From the NCBI RefSeq assembly GCF_036321535.1, contig NC_087436.1, forward strand, positions 112,718,001-112,782,000: a DNA stretch of 64,000 nt. Direction: 5' to 3'. The stretch comes from Camelus dromedarius (taxonomy: Eukaryota). The notes beneath the pieces were generated by a model that worked only from the letters and a program-made list of their open reading frames with translations, had not been told where the DNA came from and made no database searches. This document shows, one piece after another, positions 24,571-38,257 of the stretch. The position numbers and the translations under genes are program-made. The first letter of the stretch is position 1. Each line of letters starts with the position of its first letter.

Positions 24571-26694
24571 CACAAATGTGGGCTTGACGGCCAATGACAG
24601 GAAAGAAAATTCTAGATCAGAAACCCTTCCTGGGATGAGGAAGCAATCCTGGGAGTTTTAATAATAATTGAATGCTGTATAACCAAAATTGCACAAATTT
24701 TTAAAATTTCCATGTACGGAGATAAATAATTACTGTGGAGTCCAAAGATAAATTTGAATCATCTCCCCACAGAGGCAAAAATGTTGACGATAATGAAATG
24801 AATACACATTTTGTAAGGGGCTACAAAGTGCTCCTGTTCATAGGTTTTCATAAACATAAAGCTTTTTCATCTTAACAGCCACATCCAGAGAGCAGTCTCT
24901 GAGTTTATCACCGCCCCTCTCCCCAGAAGGGTGTCTGCCTTGCCACCTGCCCTATTCACACACACCATTAAATGAAATTTTAAAATCAGAGGGAAAAAGA
25001 AAAGGGGGGAAATCTTTCATTAAAGAAAGAGAAATTAAGTACATAAAAAAGCAGAATAAGAAGTTTAAAAAGAGAGATTAGAAAGCTATAACAGAAATTA
25101 AGACTTTAGTAATAAAACAAATAAACAAGGCAAAACTAAGGTAGAAAAAAATTGAAAGAAAAAAGTTTAAGCCAGACTATAGAATGGTTAAAACATAAAA
25201 ATTAGGAACCTGAAAGACAGCAAATAAAATAAGGAGGTCAGTTTTTAACGATTTTTTTTTAATCAGTAAAAACTGAGGCCAAAAAGGAAGTAGACAAAAT
25301 GAAACAACCTATACAAAATTCAATTAAAAAGAAAGAAAAATAAAGAACTCTAAAAGGTAAATAGATAAGAAATAGATCTTTAAAAGTTTATATATCTCCA
25401 TTTTATTCTAAGAAAGACTTGAGGTGAGAAACTGAAAAATAAAGCCAAAAGAGAAAATTTTACAGAAAACACATTTAAAAGCTAAAAGAATTAAATGAAT
25501 GACCAAGAAAAGCTAACTTGTGAAAAGGGAAATTAAAAAAAGGAAAGTAAAAAATATGGCAAAAAAAATCTATAAAGTTTAACCAAGAAGAAAATGAATA
25601 AATGGAGAGATATATTCCTATACCATATGTCTGGGTGGAAAGAGTCCAGATTAAAGATTAAATGAAAAATTACAAAAATAAAAACGCTAGATGAAAATAC
25701 AGAAGACTTTTCAATCTTGAGTGAAGAAAATCTAAGCCAAACATGAAACCAGCAGCCAGACAGGAAGGGGTCAACAGATTAACTGCATTTCTGTGTGGCC
25801 AAAGACAGAATATAAACAGTATTAAAAAGAAAAATGGAAACTGAGAAAGATAGATCTGCCACCTCTGTGGCAGAAAACAGGCAGGATGGCACGTGGTTAA
25901 GAACACACGATCTCGAGCCAGTAATCCTGGGTTTGCAACCAGCTGTGTCACTTACTAGCTGGCAAGTTACATAACAGCCCTGTGCCTCAGACTTCTGGCC
26001 TGTAACATGGGATTATCATAGGACCTCCTGGGGCTGTGAAGGGTTAAACAAGTGAAAATTCATACAGCATATGGAGCAATGGCTGGGACTTCGTAAGTAC
26101 CCAATAAGCATTAACTACTATTGTTACTTTATATAAAACTTCTATAAGTAAGAAAACAACAGACAACCCGATAAAAAAGGATTAATACACAAACTGCCAG
26201 TTTACAATGGAAATAGAAATATCGATCATTAAATATACAAGTATGCTCACCTTACAATAAAAAAATGCATAATAAGCCAATGTATTATTTCTTTCTCAGG
26301 TTGGCAAGACATTATAAAGTATTAACGGCCAGCGTTGGTGAGGGTGTGGGTAAATAGATGATCTCATATATTTTGAGAGTATGAATTGTTACCACCTTTT
26401 GAATAACAACTTATCAGTTTCCACCATAATTTATTCCACACTGAAATTTCATCTGTAGACATTTATCTTTCAGACATACTTCCACAAGCTTGCAGGTGTA
26501 TATGTGCACAGAAGCACTCCTTGTAACAATGGTTGGAACAACCTAAATGTCCGTCAATAAGAGATTGGTCAAATAAATTATGATGTGTCCACAGAGGAAA
26601 TACAATGAGGCTTTTTAAAAAAAGGATGGCTGTATGAATACCTATTAAGTGAATAAGTCAAGTTGCAAAACAGTATGTGTACCTTTCAGACAAA

Positions 26695-27198
26695 CAGACT
26701 GTCCCCGACTTAACGATGCTTCGACTTAGGATTTTTCAACTTCACAATGGTGTGAAAGCGATATGCATTCAGTAAAAGTGGTATTTAGAATTTTGAATTT
26801 TGATCTCTTCCTGGGCTAGTGATACGTGCTCTGACACCCTCTCGCCATGCTAAGCAGTGGCAGGGAGTCACAGCTCCCGGTCAGACACGCCATCCCCAAG
26901 GTAAATAACGCATACACTTACAACCACTTGGTACCCAGACAATGATTCTGTTTTTCACTTTCAGTATAGTATTCCGTAAATTACATGACATATTCAACAT
27001 TTTATTATAAAATAGGCTTTGTGTTAGATCACTTTGCCCAACTGTAGGCTAATGCATGTGTTCTGAGTTTGAGGTGGGCTGGGCTAAGCTATGATGTTCA
27101 GTGGGTTAGGTTTATTAAATGCATTTTTGGCTTATAATATTTTCAACTTACAATGGGTTTATTGGGGCTTAACCCCATCATAAATCGAGGAAGATCTG
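26695..27198 (-). mobile_element. MER47/Tigger5-type non-autonomous TcMar DNA transposon
   Basis: Imperfect TIRs (CAGACTGTCCCCGACTTAACGATG and CATCATAAATCGAGGAAGATCTG), followed by TA; internal sequence resembles MER47. Confidence 0.75.
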
Positions 27199-27690
27199 TA
27201 TGTGCTTATATGAGCAAGAGGAAATGTAAGATATGTATCAAATTGTTGACAACAGTCCCCCTTTGGGAAGTAGCCTGGAAATTGAGGAGGGAGGGGAAAA
27301 GGCATTTTTTACTTTTTGCTTTTATGCATTTCTGTATATGCAAGTATTTTTCAACTGAGTGCATCATTTTTGTAATCGGAAATAATGCAAATCTGGGTCG
27401 AAGACCCTACAACGATAAAATTTTAAATAAAGTCAAAAACAAAAATAAGAATATAACAATATAAAGTAAAAAGATCCACCGTATAAATAAAAAGAGAAAG
27501 AAAAAAAGAGTGAAATGAGCTCAGTAGGGTTTTCTGAGTAGAAAACACCTTCCCAAGGTGAGGTGTTTTGGGTCTTTCTGGGCAAGGTAAGACCATCTTT
27601 GAACAAGGGCAAAGCCACACACTGGCTGAGACGCAGAGAGGCCCAGCGCGTGGCTGCTGTGGCTGTTCTGCGGAACGAGAACTTTGGCCT

Positions 27691-28136
27691 GATTTGCAGC
27701 CACACAGATGGACCTGGAGATCATCATTCTAAATGAAGTAAGCCAGAAAGAGAAAAAAGATACCATATGATATCACTTATGTGTGGAAGCTTAAAAAAAA
27801 ATGATACAAATGAACTTATTTGCAAAACAGAGACAGACTCACAGGCATAGAAAACAACCTTACGGTTACCAGGGGAGAAAGAGAGTGAGGAGGGATAAAT
27901 CGGGAGTTTGGGATTTGCAGATACTAACTACTATCTATAAAATGAACACCGTGGTCCTACTGTACAGCACAGGGAACTATAGTCTATATCTTGTTGGAAC
28001 TTATGGTGAAAAAGAATATGAAAACGAATATATGTGTGTTCATGTAAGACTGAAGTATTACGCTGTACACCAGAAATTGACACAACATTACAAACTGACT
28101 ATATGTCAATAAAAATACATAAATACTGAAAAAAAA
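27691..28136 (+). mobile_element. 5'-truncated younger L1 3' end with 11-bp TSD AACTTTGGCCT
   Basis: ATGGACCTGGAGATCATCATTCTAAATGAAGTAAGCCAG...; A-tail; TSD copies at 27680-27690 and 28137-28147. Confidence 0.88.
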
Positions 28137-28500
28137 AACTTTGGCCTTATTCCCTCCGAAGCCTCAACCTGCTTCAGAATTCTTTGGTCCTGGATGAGGT
28201 GCATATAGAAAGCAAAACCCCAACAGTTCAGACGCAGGCTGTTCCTGCACTCAGAAAGGAGGGGGCCAGGGAGCTTGGCACCCCCAAACCCTGGGGTCCA
28301 TTTTTCTAGAAAACAGGAGTCAGTCTGAAGAACGCTACCGTACATCAATAAGGATACAGGTGGCATCAGTCTGGGTACCCGCGGCTCCTTCCTCCAGATG
28401 GATCTTCTAGGATCCCTGGCAGAGCTCAGGGCCGCTGCGCCCTGCACGCCCCCTGCGCCCTGCACGCCCCCCGGCATCCCCAGAGGGCCCAGATCCTCAC

Positions 28501-28636
28501 CAGAAGAGCCTGAGTCCCCGCACCAGGTGAGGCCGTCGGCCACGTAACCCAGCAGCGTGTTCTCCAGCGTGAACATCTCCTGCCGGACCCACGTGTACTG
28601 ATGCGCCAGCTCCTTTGTTCTGCTCCAAAAGACCGT
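28501..28636 (-). CDS. CD38: CD38 exon 3 (TVFWSRTKELAHQYTWVRQEMFTLENTLLGYVADGLTWCGDSGSS)
   Basis: Acceptor ctctcag|A, donor G|gtgagg, 136 bp. Carries the W125/R127/K129/E146/D155 equivalents; lies within ORF 28106..28657. Confidence 0.97.
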
Positions 28637-30250
28637 CTGAGAGAGAATGAACACCATCTACTGTTGAGATCATCTGTCATCTAGTATCCATTTACTAAGT
28701 CAAAAAAAAAATAAAATAAAATCCACACTTTTTAAACAATGGAAAACATAAGAGTAAATCACCTACAGTAAGGGTAAGTGTTGTTGAGTGCATTACTGCT
28801 TTGTGTGTATGTGTGTGTGCACGCGCACGCGCATTCTCTAGGTCACAATGTAAAATGAATGTATTATTCAGGATGGCAGGGGAAAAGGTCTGAAAGCCCC
28901 TGATCAAAATCTTACAATAAATCTAAGCTCAAACACATCTAGGGGAGGCATTAGGAAGTTCCAAACTTCCTAAAGTTATCTGCCAAATAATTTTGTCTGT
29001 GTGCTACTTCTGGGAAGTGCTATTGATTCTTAAAGAGCTCCATAATCCCAGCTTTCCCCTCAAAACTCTCCCATCGCCGTACAAAACAGGAATAGAACAC
29101 ATACAGTGAGTTTTTTCAGGGTCCCTTGTAAAGGCATAGAAAGTCAAATTTCAGAACAATCTTCTGTCTCATGGATCTATTCACTCCTCATAGGAGGCAG
29201 TGGAGGCTACGGTTAAAAGCCTGGGTCCTGGAGTCACGCTGACTTCAGAAACGGCATCACTGCTTACTAGCCGTCTGACCTTGGGCAACCACAGAGTTGC
29301 TAAGCCTCACTTTCCCCATCTGTAAAATGGTATCGATAATCATTGCAAGGAACTCCTGAGATGCTGAGATGAAATGAGACAATGCAAATAAAGTGCGTGT
29401 CTGTGTCACGGTCACTTATTCGACCAGTGTCCCTGGGTGATGCTTTGCCCAGCGGCTCCTCTGTGAGACCTTGTGCTCAGTGCACCAGCCACAGCTCCAG
29501 CTCAGTAGCTCCAGCTCTAACGACGGGAGGAGACACTGTCATTTGTGGCTGGCCCAAGGGCATCGTAAAGATGATTTGAGGCACATTAAATTTTCACCTC
29601 AAGTGCTGACTTTAGAGAACATGTACTCTGTTACAGACCTTCTCCAGTATAACTAATGTATTAGAACCCAAGACTCTCTGGCTCTAAATCTTGAGCCATT
29701 TACATTTCAACTGCTCACTTTCCAGATGATCAAACGTGAGAAATCACTGGTCACCTAAACTCTCCAAGCCTCGGTTTTTTCACTGGTGAAATGAGGATGC
29801 TGATAGCTGACCTGCCTGTTCCACGGGTTGACTGTGAAAACCTAACAGGAGAGTCCTTTGTAAGCAGAAAAGGCACTTAGCAAAGGCAAAATGGCATCGT
29901 TGTCACCATCATCATCATCATCACCACCAGAGGTCAGGGAGGGTTTTGCAGTTATATAAGGTGGGTTATTTTTGTTTGGGTTGGATTGGGTTTTGTCTGA
30001 TTTTTGGCCGACTCGCCTTTCCTCTTTCCATGTCCCCAATTCTCTCTCTTACCTCCCGTCTGCAGATGTCCTAAATCCTGATGACATCTGGTCTCCCCAT
30101 GGCCTCAGCCTGACCTCGACCCCCGCCAACCATGCCTACACCCTAATACCCAAATTTTCCTCTTTCTTCATTCTGGTCAAAATTCAGTCCCATGACCTCT
30201 TCCCTCTGGCTTTTATCTTCAGTTTTAAATCCGTAATTTGACTCAGTTAC

Positions 30251-30380
30251 CTTGTCACAAGGCACAGTTTGACTCGCCAGCTCCATCAGTGGGTGGTAGT
30301 CTTCCTCTGTCACCTCGCAGGGGTCCTTAGAAATAAATGCATTCCTGAAGGCCTCCTCGATCTTTTTGCAGTCTCTATCT
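30251..30380 (-). CDS. CD38: CD38 exon 2 (DRDCKKIEEAFRNAFISKDPCEVTEEDYHPLMELASQTVPCDK)
   Basis: Acceptor tctcag|A, donor AAG|gtaact, 130 bp. Not shown in this frame in the ORF track; translated by hand. Confidence 0.96.
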
Positions 30381-32744
30381 CTGAGAGATAAAACATGGGA
30401 AGTAAAAATGAGTAATTTGTTTTCAAACGTATGCTTAGAGCATAACTACCCCAAAAAATCTCATTGAAGCAGCACCCACTGTGTGCCAAGTAGTTCATAC
30501 ACATCATCTCATCCAGTGTGTGCAGCATTTTTATGAGATGAGCATCACCCTCCCTGCCCTACAAGGTCCTTGCCCTCACGGGGCTCACTCTCTGGTTAGA
30601 GAGGCAGACAGTATACAGACCAGCAAATACATTAACAAAGTAAGTACAGATTATGATGAGAATGCAGGAAATCAGTGGGGAATATTGAAGCAATGACCAC
30701 TTTAGGGAGGCTGGTCAGGAGAGGGCTCCCTGAGACTAAACATTGACAGGGTGTGCTTTTCAGAGAGAAGGCTGCAAGTGCAAAGGCCCTGAGGCAGAAA
30801 AGAGCTTGCTGATTTTGAGGAAGTGAAAGAAGAACGGGGAGGGTGGGGGGTGGGCAGTGGTGAGAAATCAAGTCAGGAAAATAACTGACAGGCAGATCCC
30901 TCAGGTCTTTCAGACCAAGGAAACAATTTCAGATTTTTGCCCTAATTACCATGGGAAACCAGTGGATGGTTTTAAGCATGAATGTGGCCTCAGCTTTTTG
31001 GTGGTTTTGAAGAACCACTCTGAAAAACTCTGTGCTAGCCCCAAAGATGGAGAAAAGTCTCTGAAGCAGAAATTTCAGATCTATGTCCCTTTCCAACAGC
31101 TCCTGGTGGTGAGAAGGCAGGCAGGCCAAGTAGAAGAGACTGAGGAGAGGGAGGGGAGCCAGGGCAGATTGCAGCCAGAACTTCCTTTGTGTCTGTGTTA
31201 ACAAGTGAGCATGAGCCGTCACTTCTAGGGGAAAGAAGGTGGGCTTCCACTGGGAAAGCTCAGGGAGCATCATTACCAGGACAAACTCCAGCCTTTGGAC
31301 CCAGCACCCTAGGACAGTATCCTAAGGACAGGTCAGGCAGCCTGACTTGGGGGCATGAACACAAGCCCCGAGTTTTCTATCCCTCTGAGCCCTAACCCCA
31401 GCAGAGCACATGCAAAGCGGTTTTCCAGAGGGTCTTCTGGAAGCCCTCCTGACTCAGACGGGCCAAGTCGAGTGGCTTATTCCAAGAAATCACAGACTAT
31501 CAGTGAGGTCACAGGCCCTCACAAGGAAACCACCCTGCGCACCTTCTCTTCTTGGGACAGGAAACGAGGGAAAGCCATTTTGTTGAGGACAAGGAGGGAG
31601 GCCCTTGGGTTAGGCTGCCCGTCTCAACCCTGGCTCTGCCTCTTACACTGTGCATCCCTGAGAAAACCACTCAGCCTCTCCCTGCCTCTCTTTCCTCATC
31701 CAGAAAGTATCTGCCGAACTCAGATGTCCTGGGATTAAATAAAGCACATGTCAAACGCTTTCGGAACAGTGCTCTGCACAGAATAAGGGTCCAGTCGATA
31801 TCAGCATTATATTTCCTTCCTTTCTTTTTGTGACCCTTGCTCAGACATTCCTGGCTGTGAGCAGACATCCCCAGCCAGCAGAGGCAGTCACGGCCTGTGG
31901 CTCATGGGTTAACCTTGAACATGGCTTATCCTCACAGGGTCCTGAAGGACACATATGGTCAATACATCCCACACCGGGGGTGGTGGGAACGCGCAGGTGC
32001 TCGGGGTCGGGTCTGGGGCACATACACAGGCTAGAGGATAGCACCACGCTTGTCCCCTTGTCCAAAAGCAACATGTGTTTCTCCTTGCTCTCAGTTTTGC
32101 ATGGGCACCCATCCTCACTTTAGTAAAAATCAGCTTAGAAAATGTAACAGTTTCAATGTAAAACAGCCGCAGGACAAAATTCCAGACCAGTCACCCACTA
32201 GCTCGGCAAGCTGAAGTAATAATAGCAACAGTACAGGCAGAATTTATCAAGGGCTTCGTATATGTGTCACATACACATTTCATTTAACCTCATACAACTT
32301 CTATGAACAAGTATATCAGGATTTGATCTGAGTTAATAAGACCTATAACTGCAGATAGAATTTTATTTTTCTCTCACATATGAATCTAGAGGTCAGTATC
32401 TGGAACTGGTAAGACATTCCACATTGTTGGAGACCCATCTGCTCAGTCCAAAATAGCTGCTCCAGTTCCAGCCATCATGACTACATTCCAGCCAGTAGGA
32501 AAGGTTAGAGAAAAGAAAGGGGATGAGAAAGGAGAAGGAAGAGGAAGGAAAAGCAACAGCTGCAGTGGACACCTGCCAGCTGCCTTGTAAGAACAGGTAC
32601 TAGAAAATGTTTATTATTTGCTCTTGTCTTCATTGCCAAAATGTAGTCATAGGGGCACACTTTGCTACAGAGGAAGATGAGAAATGCAGCCTTTAATCTT
32701 GATGGCCATTCCACTTCTAAAAGCACGATTTTACTATAAGAAGG

Positions 32745-33540
32745 TATTACCTCACACCTGTTGGAATGGCTATCAACAAAAAGAACACAAATAACAATGT
32801 GGGTGAGGATGTGGAGAAAAGGGAACCCTCATACACTGTTGCAGGGAATGTAAATTGGTGCAGCCACTGTGGAAAACAGTATGGAGTTTTACTCAAAAAC
32901 TAAAACTAGAACTACCATATGACCCAGCAATTTCACTCTTGGGTATATTTCCAAAAAAGTAAAAAACACAAAAATTCTAATTCAAAAAGATACATGCACC
33001 CTAATGTTCATAGCAGCATTGCTTATAATTGCCAAGATATGGAAACAACCTAAGTGTTCATTGACAGATGAATGGATAAAGAAGATGTGGTATGTATATT
33101 CAATGGAATACTACTCAGCCATAAAAAAGAACAAAATTTGGCCATTTGCAGGAACATGGATGGACTTGGAGGGCATTATGATAAGTGAAATAAGTCAGAG
33201 AGAGAAAGACAAATACTGTATGATATCACTTATATGTGGAATCTAAAAAATACATCACATTAGTGAATATAACAAAAAGAAGTGGACTTACAGATATAGA
33301 GAACAAACTAGTGGTCCCAGTGAGGAGGTGGGGAAAGGGCAATACTGGGGTGGGAAAGGGCAATATTGGGATGCAGAAGGGGGAAGTACAAACTATTGGG
33401 TGCAAGATATGCTCAGGGATGTATTGTACAGCACAGGGAATATAGCCAAAATTTTGTAATAACTGTAAATGTAAAGTAACCTTTAAAAATGGTATACATT
33501 TTTTATTCATTAAAAACAAAAAAATTAAAAAATAAAATAA
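32745..33540 (+). mobile_element. L1 ORF2 C-terminus plus 3' UTR
   Basis: ORF 33004..33246 (MFIAALLIIAKIWKQPKC...EWIKKMWY...EYYSAIKKN) is the L1 ORF2 C-terminal signature; A-rich tail. Confidence 0.9.
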
Positions 33541-34388
33541 AAGCACAGTTTTAATTCTAGAGACGGGGCCAGGCTGCAGGCTCTGTCAGAGGTAGATATC
33601 ACCATTGCCCCAATTTAGGCACAAAGAGGAAACTTTAAGGCTGTGAATTTAACCAAGGTGCCTAAGGTCACCTGATGAGTAAGTGGTGAAGCGGGACTGG
33701 ACCCCAGGTCGGTGAGAGCCTGGTGGCCAGATGCCCACGGCACTGCTACACACTGGCCCATCCTCCTGTCTTCACCTGTAAGATGGAGATAGTAATACTT
33801 CATGCCCTGGAAGTTTTCCAGGATTAAATGAGATAACATGTGACATGCCCCTGGCCCCCGGGAGGGGAGGCCTCTTTCAGGGAGGCCCCTCTGCTTCCCC
33901 AACCTGCACAGGACACTTCAACTGTATCCCAGCTCACCTGTAAAACTGGGCCAAGAAACCACTGTCCCCCTGGAGCCGCCCATACATTATAGACTTAAGG
34001 GAAAACCATCATTGCATTATGAACTTCGAAACCCATCAACACTTATGGGCCACCGTTATGGGACATTTAGAAGAAAGGTGTTTATCGGCTATTTCACTTT
34101 AGGGGATCATGTAATTAAATTCCATTAATGTAATGCATTACTCAGGGCTTTCCTGTTCTCAGCCTACCTCCCTCGTGCAGTCTTAGGCCTCTGTCCTCAG
34201 CAACAAAGGGTGAAGGAGAGACGTCTTCCTGAGATGAAGGACAAGGGAATGCCCCACCACGAAAGATCTGGCTGTCAAGAGAAATAGCCATGCCCTGTAC
34301 CCACCACGTACCGGATGCTTTCATCACCAAAAACCAGAGTCTCGTGGAGAACTCACAAACCTCCAAAATTTTTTATGCTTTGTAGGTA

Positions 34389-34867
34389 TGTGAAGGATAA
34401 ATACTGCAAACCGTATCAGTAAACAAAGAATGCTGAAGCCATCAAGTCCTCAGCGGCTGCCGCCACCCCCCAGTGAAGACAAGCCTGCAGCCCGGCCTCT
34501 GCAGCCACTCACAGTGGTGCCCTCTGAGGGGACTCAATAAAAAAGGACAGGACACTGGCCCTAGATAGCTAGGTGCTTGTCAAATGATTATGAATACAAT
34601 GAGCCCAAATGTTTGCTCCCTCCCATACATAGAAAAGCACTAAATTCTTTAACTTGAGATGCCTGGTTTTCTTTAGCTAACAAGTAATCTTTTAATGTTC
34701 CAACTACCTGGTCTCCGTTGTAAAGCTCCTATATATCCTGGCTCCTCCCCTACCTCTTCGGAGCAGTCCCTCAGAGCCATCTGAGAGGCTGTCATCCCGG
34801 CTTGAGTCCTCCCACCAAATAAAACATAACTCTCAACTTTTAGGCTGTGCATTCATTTTAATCGACA
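34389..34867 (+). mobile_element. Intact solo LTR, ERV1-like (TG...CA, 4-bp TSD GGTA)
   Basis: TSD at 34385-34388 and 34868-34871; TATA-like CCTATATATCC near 34730; AATAAA at 34818-34823. Confidence 0.8.
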
Positions 34868-37800
34868 GGTATATAGACCTCCTTCAAGAAACATTACCTT
34901 AAGAGTTCAAGAGATCCAGGTTAAAAATGTAACACACTTCCTTGTTGAGGTGGAGCAGAGTTTAGAATGTCAGAGTTGAAACAGACTTTGGATGAGTTTA
35001 TAACTCAACCATCTTCCTTTCCTCTTCTCAGACCAGAGCCCCACAAGCAAGAGGAAATGGAGAGAGGTGATGAGAAGGCTGGGACGGGCTTTAGGAAGCT
35101 ACTTTTCATCCTTAAAATCAAAAGTAAACATTTCGCCCTGGATGTGCAAGGAAGCATTTTATGGGTGTGTATATATATTTATATATATATAAAGAATTGG
35201 GGCCGCGTGTACAGATATGTTTGCAGTACTTATTCACACACGTCCTGGCAGAAATGGGCCTCAAGTTCACCAGTGTGGCTCTAAAAAGGTGGGCCCTTAA
35301 TTTAGTTATTTGCAAAAATCCACAAGCCTCACTATTGTCCCCCTGGATAGAGCACGGTTCCATCAACTCAAATGGTACCCGAGAAAAAGCTGTTTTGAGT
35401 AAGCTGGCTGGGCTCGAGGAAATAGAGGGCCTCGGGGATCCCTGCGTCCAGCGGAGAAGGAAGCGAATCTCTCTGACTGAGAAGCAGCAAGGGAGGGTAA
35501 GCGCCATTTCTGGGAGCTCAGGATCGTCTCTTCAACGGCTCCTCCGTTCCGGAGTCAGAGGGCTTAGCTGTGATGCCCCGGGGCACCTGCTGCTCAAGGT
35601 CATGCTGTGAAGGGGGTCCTCAGCCCAGAGGCTGCTCCGGGAGCTCTGTCCGTGCCTCTGGTCCCCTCTCAGGGCCGCTCACCCAGAAGGGCTGTCGGAT
35701 GTCTCAGGTCCTGAGCTCCGGCCACACTCGAGGGTCACCTGCGGAGCTTGGGGAAATGCACAGAGCCAGGCTGCAGACCAACCAAGGCAGGGTGGGGAGA
35801 GGGGAAGAGCAGAACCTGGAGTTTTCCAAGGTCTCCCCCACTCCCTCCTCCCCCAGCCCCTGGAAACAGCCCTCTGTCTTCTGTCTCAGTGAACCTGAAG
35901 CCGGTGGCACCTTCTGTAAGTGGAATCAGACAGGATTCTTCTTGTGTGACTGGCGTATTTCACTGAGCAGTGTCCTTCCGGCTGGTCCATGTTGTGACAC
36001 GTGTCAGAATTCCTTTCTCAGTCTGAGTAACATTTCACTGTCGGTTACTCACTGCATTTTGTTTTTCTGTTCACCCGTCTGGGACACTTGGCTCGCTTCT
36101 TCCACCCTTTCTTTCATTCTGCAGATACTTATGAGGGGCTTACAGCAAGCCCCACGGCAGGCGCGGGGCTGAAAAAATTAACCCACACTGTGTCTATCCT
36201 CAGGGCACTCATGCTTTGGTAAAGGGTGGACAAAGACCAAAACAAATTACAATTAGAGCCCTGGTGACTGGCCCGAAGCACTCAAATTTGCAAACACAAT
36301 CAAAAGGAGACGGTTTTCGAATTTTACACTCCAGAGGATAGAAACAGGACTTAAAATAGGAAAAAAAAAAACTTGATTAAACGTGAGGCAGCACCCTCAC
36401 TTTGGGAACGATTTTTCTGTTTTCTGCCCCGGTTGTCATGACACACGCCCAGCCGATCTATGTTTATAACCACCGTGGGCTTCTCATTGACCACCTTCTG
36501 CCCTCACTTCCTTTGGTGGGCTCCAGAGTGATTAGAGACATGTAGCCAACAAAAAGGGATGTTTCTTAGGGCGTCTGGGCTCAGCAGAATATAAAGCAGC
36601 CTTTGAACAAGGCTTTTATATAGAGCTTGGAATAGCTTGGGGGGGGGGTTATTTTACGTTAAGTGAAAAAAGTAGGCCTCAACTCAGAGAAATAGGAAAA
36701 GAAAATGCATCAGACTTGACACTGGAGTTGTCTCTGGGAAGAGACATCAAGGGGAACCTCCACTTCCACCCTGTATCTTCCTGTTGGTTTATGATAAGAA
36801 TGGATGCCTGTGTTCTCCATTATCCAAACCTCTAGAAAAGGAGAGGTTACATTTTTTAAATTGAAGCTACAGTATGATCACAACCAATTTTTAAAAACAG
36901 AATAAAAAACCCACAGTAATCACACCATGTCTTAAAAATAGTTGTGCCTGGTTTGTGGGAGTAGAAAGGTTGCTCTGTGACCTTCTCTTCCTTATATTTT
37001 GAATTTTTCTATACTAAGCATATATTACCATGGGAGTCATGGCAGAATTTTCAGTTTCTTTTCAAGTTGCTTGAGCAATTAGACGAAGGGCTGAGACTCT
37101 CGGAAGGTCTTAAGACATGAGAAGAGCTCATGTCCAAACCCCCGTGGTCGTCACCTGTTATTTTTATGCCCCTATCCCCCCCATCTCTGGGCTACAAAGT
37201 GTCATTTCTCATCCCTCATCCAGCTAAAGACAACACCTTGTAACCAGGCAAGACTTAGGGCTGGTGGCACAAACCCACGTCTCAAGGCCTAATGACATGA
37301 AATACGGGGTGGGGTGGGGGCCACGGCTGGGCCCCTCTTCCAATGCATCTTTCTCTCCAGTTTAAAGACTGCCTTGCACCCTTAAGCAAAACTGGATTGT
37401 CAGATCGCACCCTCACGTATCACAGATTGTAGCCCGAATCAAACTTTGTGAACAGTGTCAAGGAGACAGGTAATTGAGAGACTCAGACAAAGCAAGGACC
37501 GGACACCATATCCTGTAACCCCCTGGGATCCAGCCTGTCTTCCTCCCTGGCCCAGAATAATAGATAAATTTACTGAGTGAGGTTTTGCGAGGTTCCTTAC
37601 TCAGCCAGAAGGGATGAAGAGATGAAACATCTCCGTTTTTGCCCCCAGAGAGCTCTCCAGCCTGCATGATCCCCTAGGGACTCGTGCCTCTCAGATTCTG
37701 AATGTATATTCTATAAGGGATCCTTTTTCCAAGGACATCCTACTGAGGGCATTCAAGAGAGAAGGCTCTTCATTCTAGTAAACATCACTAGGCTCTCTGC

Positions 37801-38102
37801 CTGGAGGCCCAGCTGACAAGGGGATTAGAACAGCTCACTCACTCGCCTTCCTTTCTTCCCCTCGGGAGCACCCCTCGCCTCCAATTAAGTAAAGCCAGCT
37901 GCTCTAGCTGCCCCCTGCCTGGGATCCAGAGTGTGCAGGGTTGTATGTGGAGATGCTGGCGGTGAAAAGGAACATGGAGCCAGCCTGGCACTCACAGGAG
38001 GCCCTGTGTTCTCTGGACCGCAAGTCCAGGGCACCGACATCAGATAAGGACCCAGGTGATCGTGATAGACTTCGATGTGAGCAGACAAAGGCAATGTCCA
38101 AA

Positions 38103-38103
<1 letters not shown>

Positions 38104-38149
<46 letters not shown>

Positions 38150-38257
38150 AATACATACACACACATACACATACATACACACATACATACATACACACAC
38201 ACGCACACACATACACACATGTACACACACACGTACACACACACAGACATACACACA
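38104..38257. repeat. (CA)n / (TACA)n compound microsatellite
   Basis: Directly visible. Confidence 0.95.

Noticed and set aside
24975..25760. Long, strongly A-rich strand-biased tract
   Set aside because: Adjoins L1-like fragments and is best explained as decayed old L1 or low-complexity DNA; no ORF or periodicity seen.
28106..28657. 183-aa ORF
   Set aside because: CD38 exon 3 plus chance read-through into GC-rich intron sequence.
35161..36172. 149-aa and 200-aa + strand ORFs in intron 1
   Set aside because: No homology recognised; the second runs into an antisense L1 fragment. The local CpG enrichment is too weak to call.
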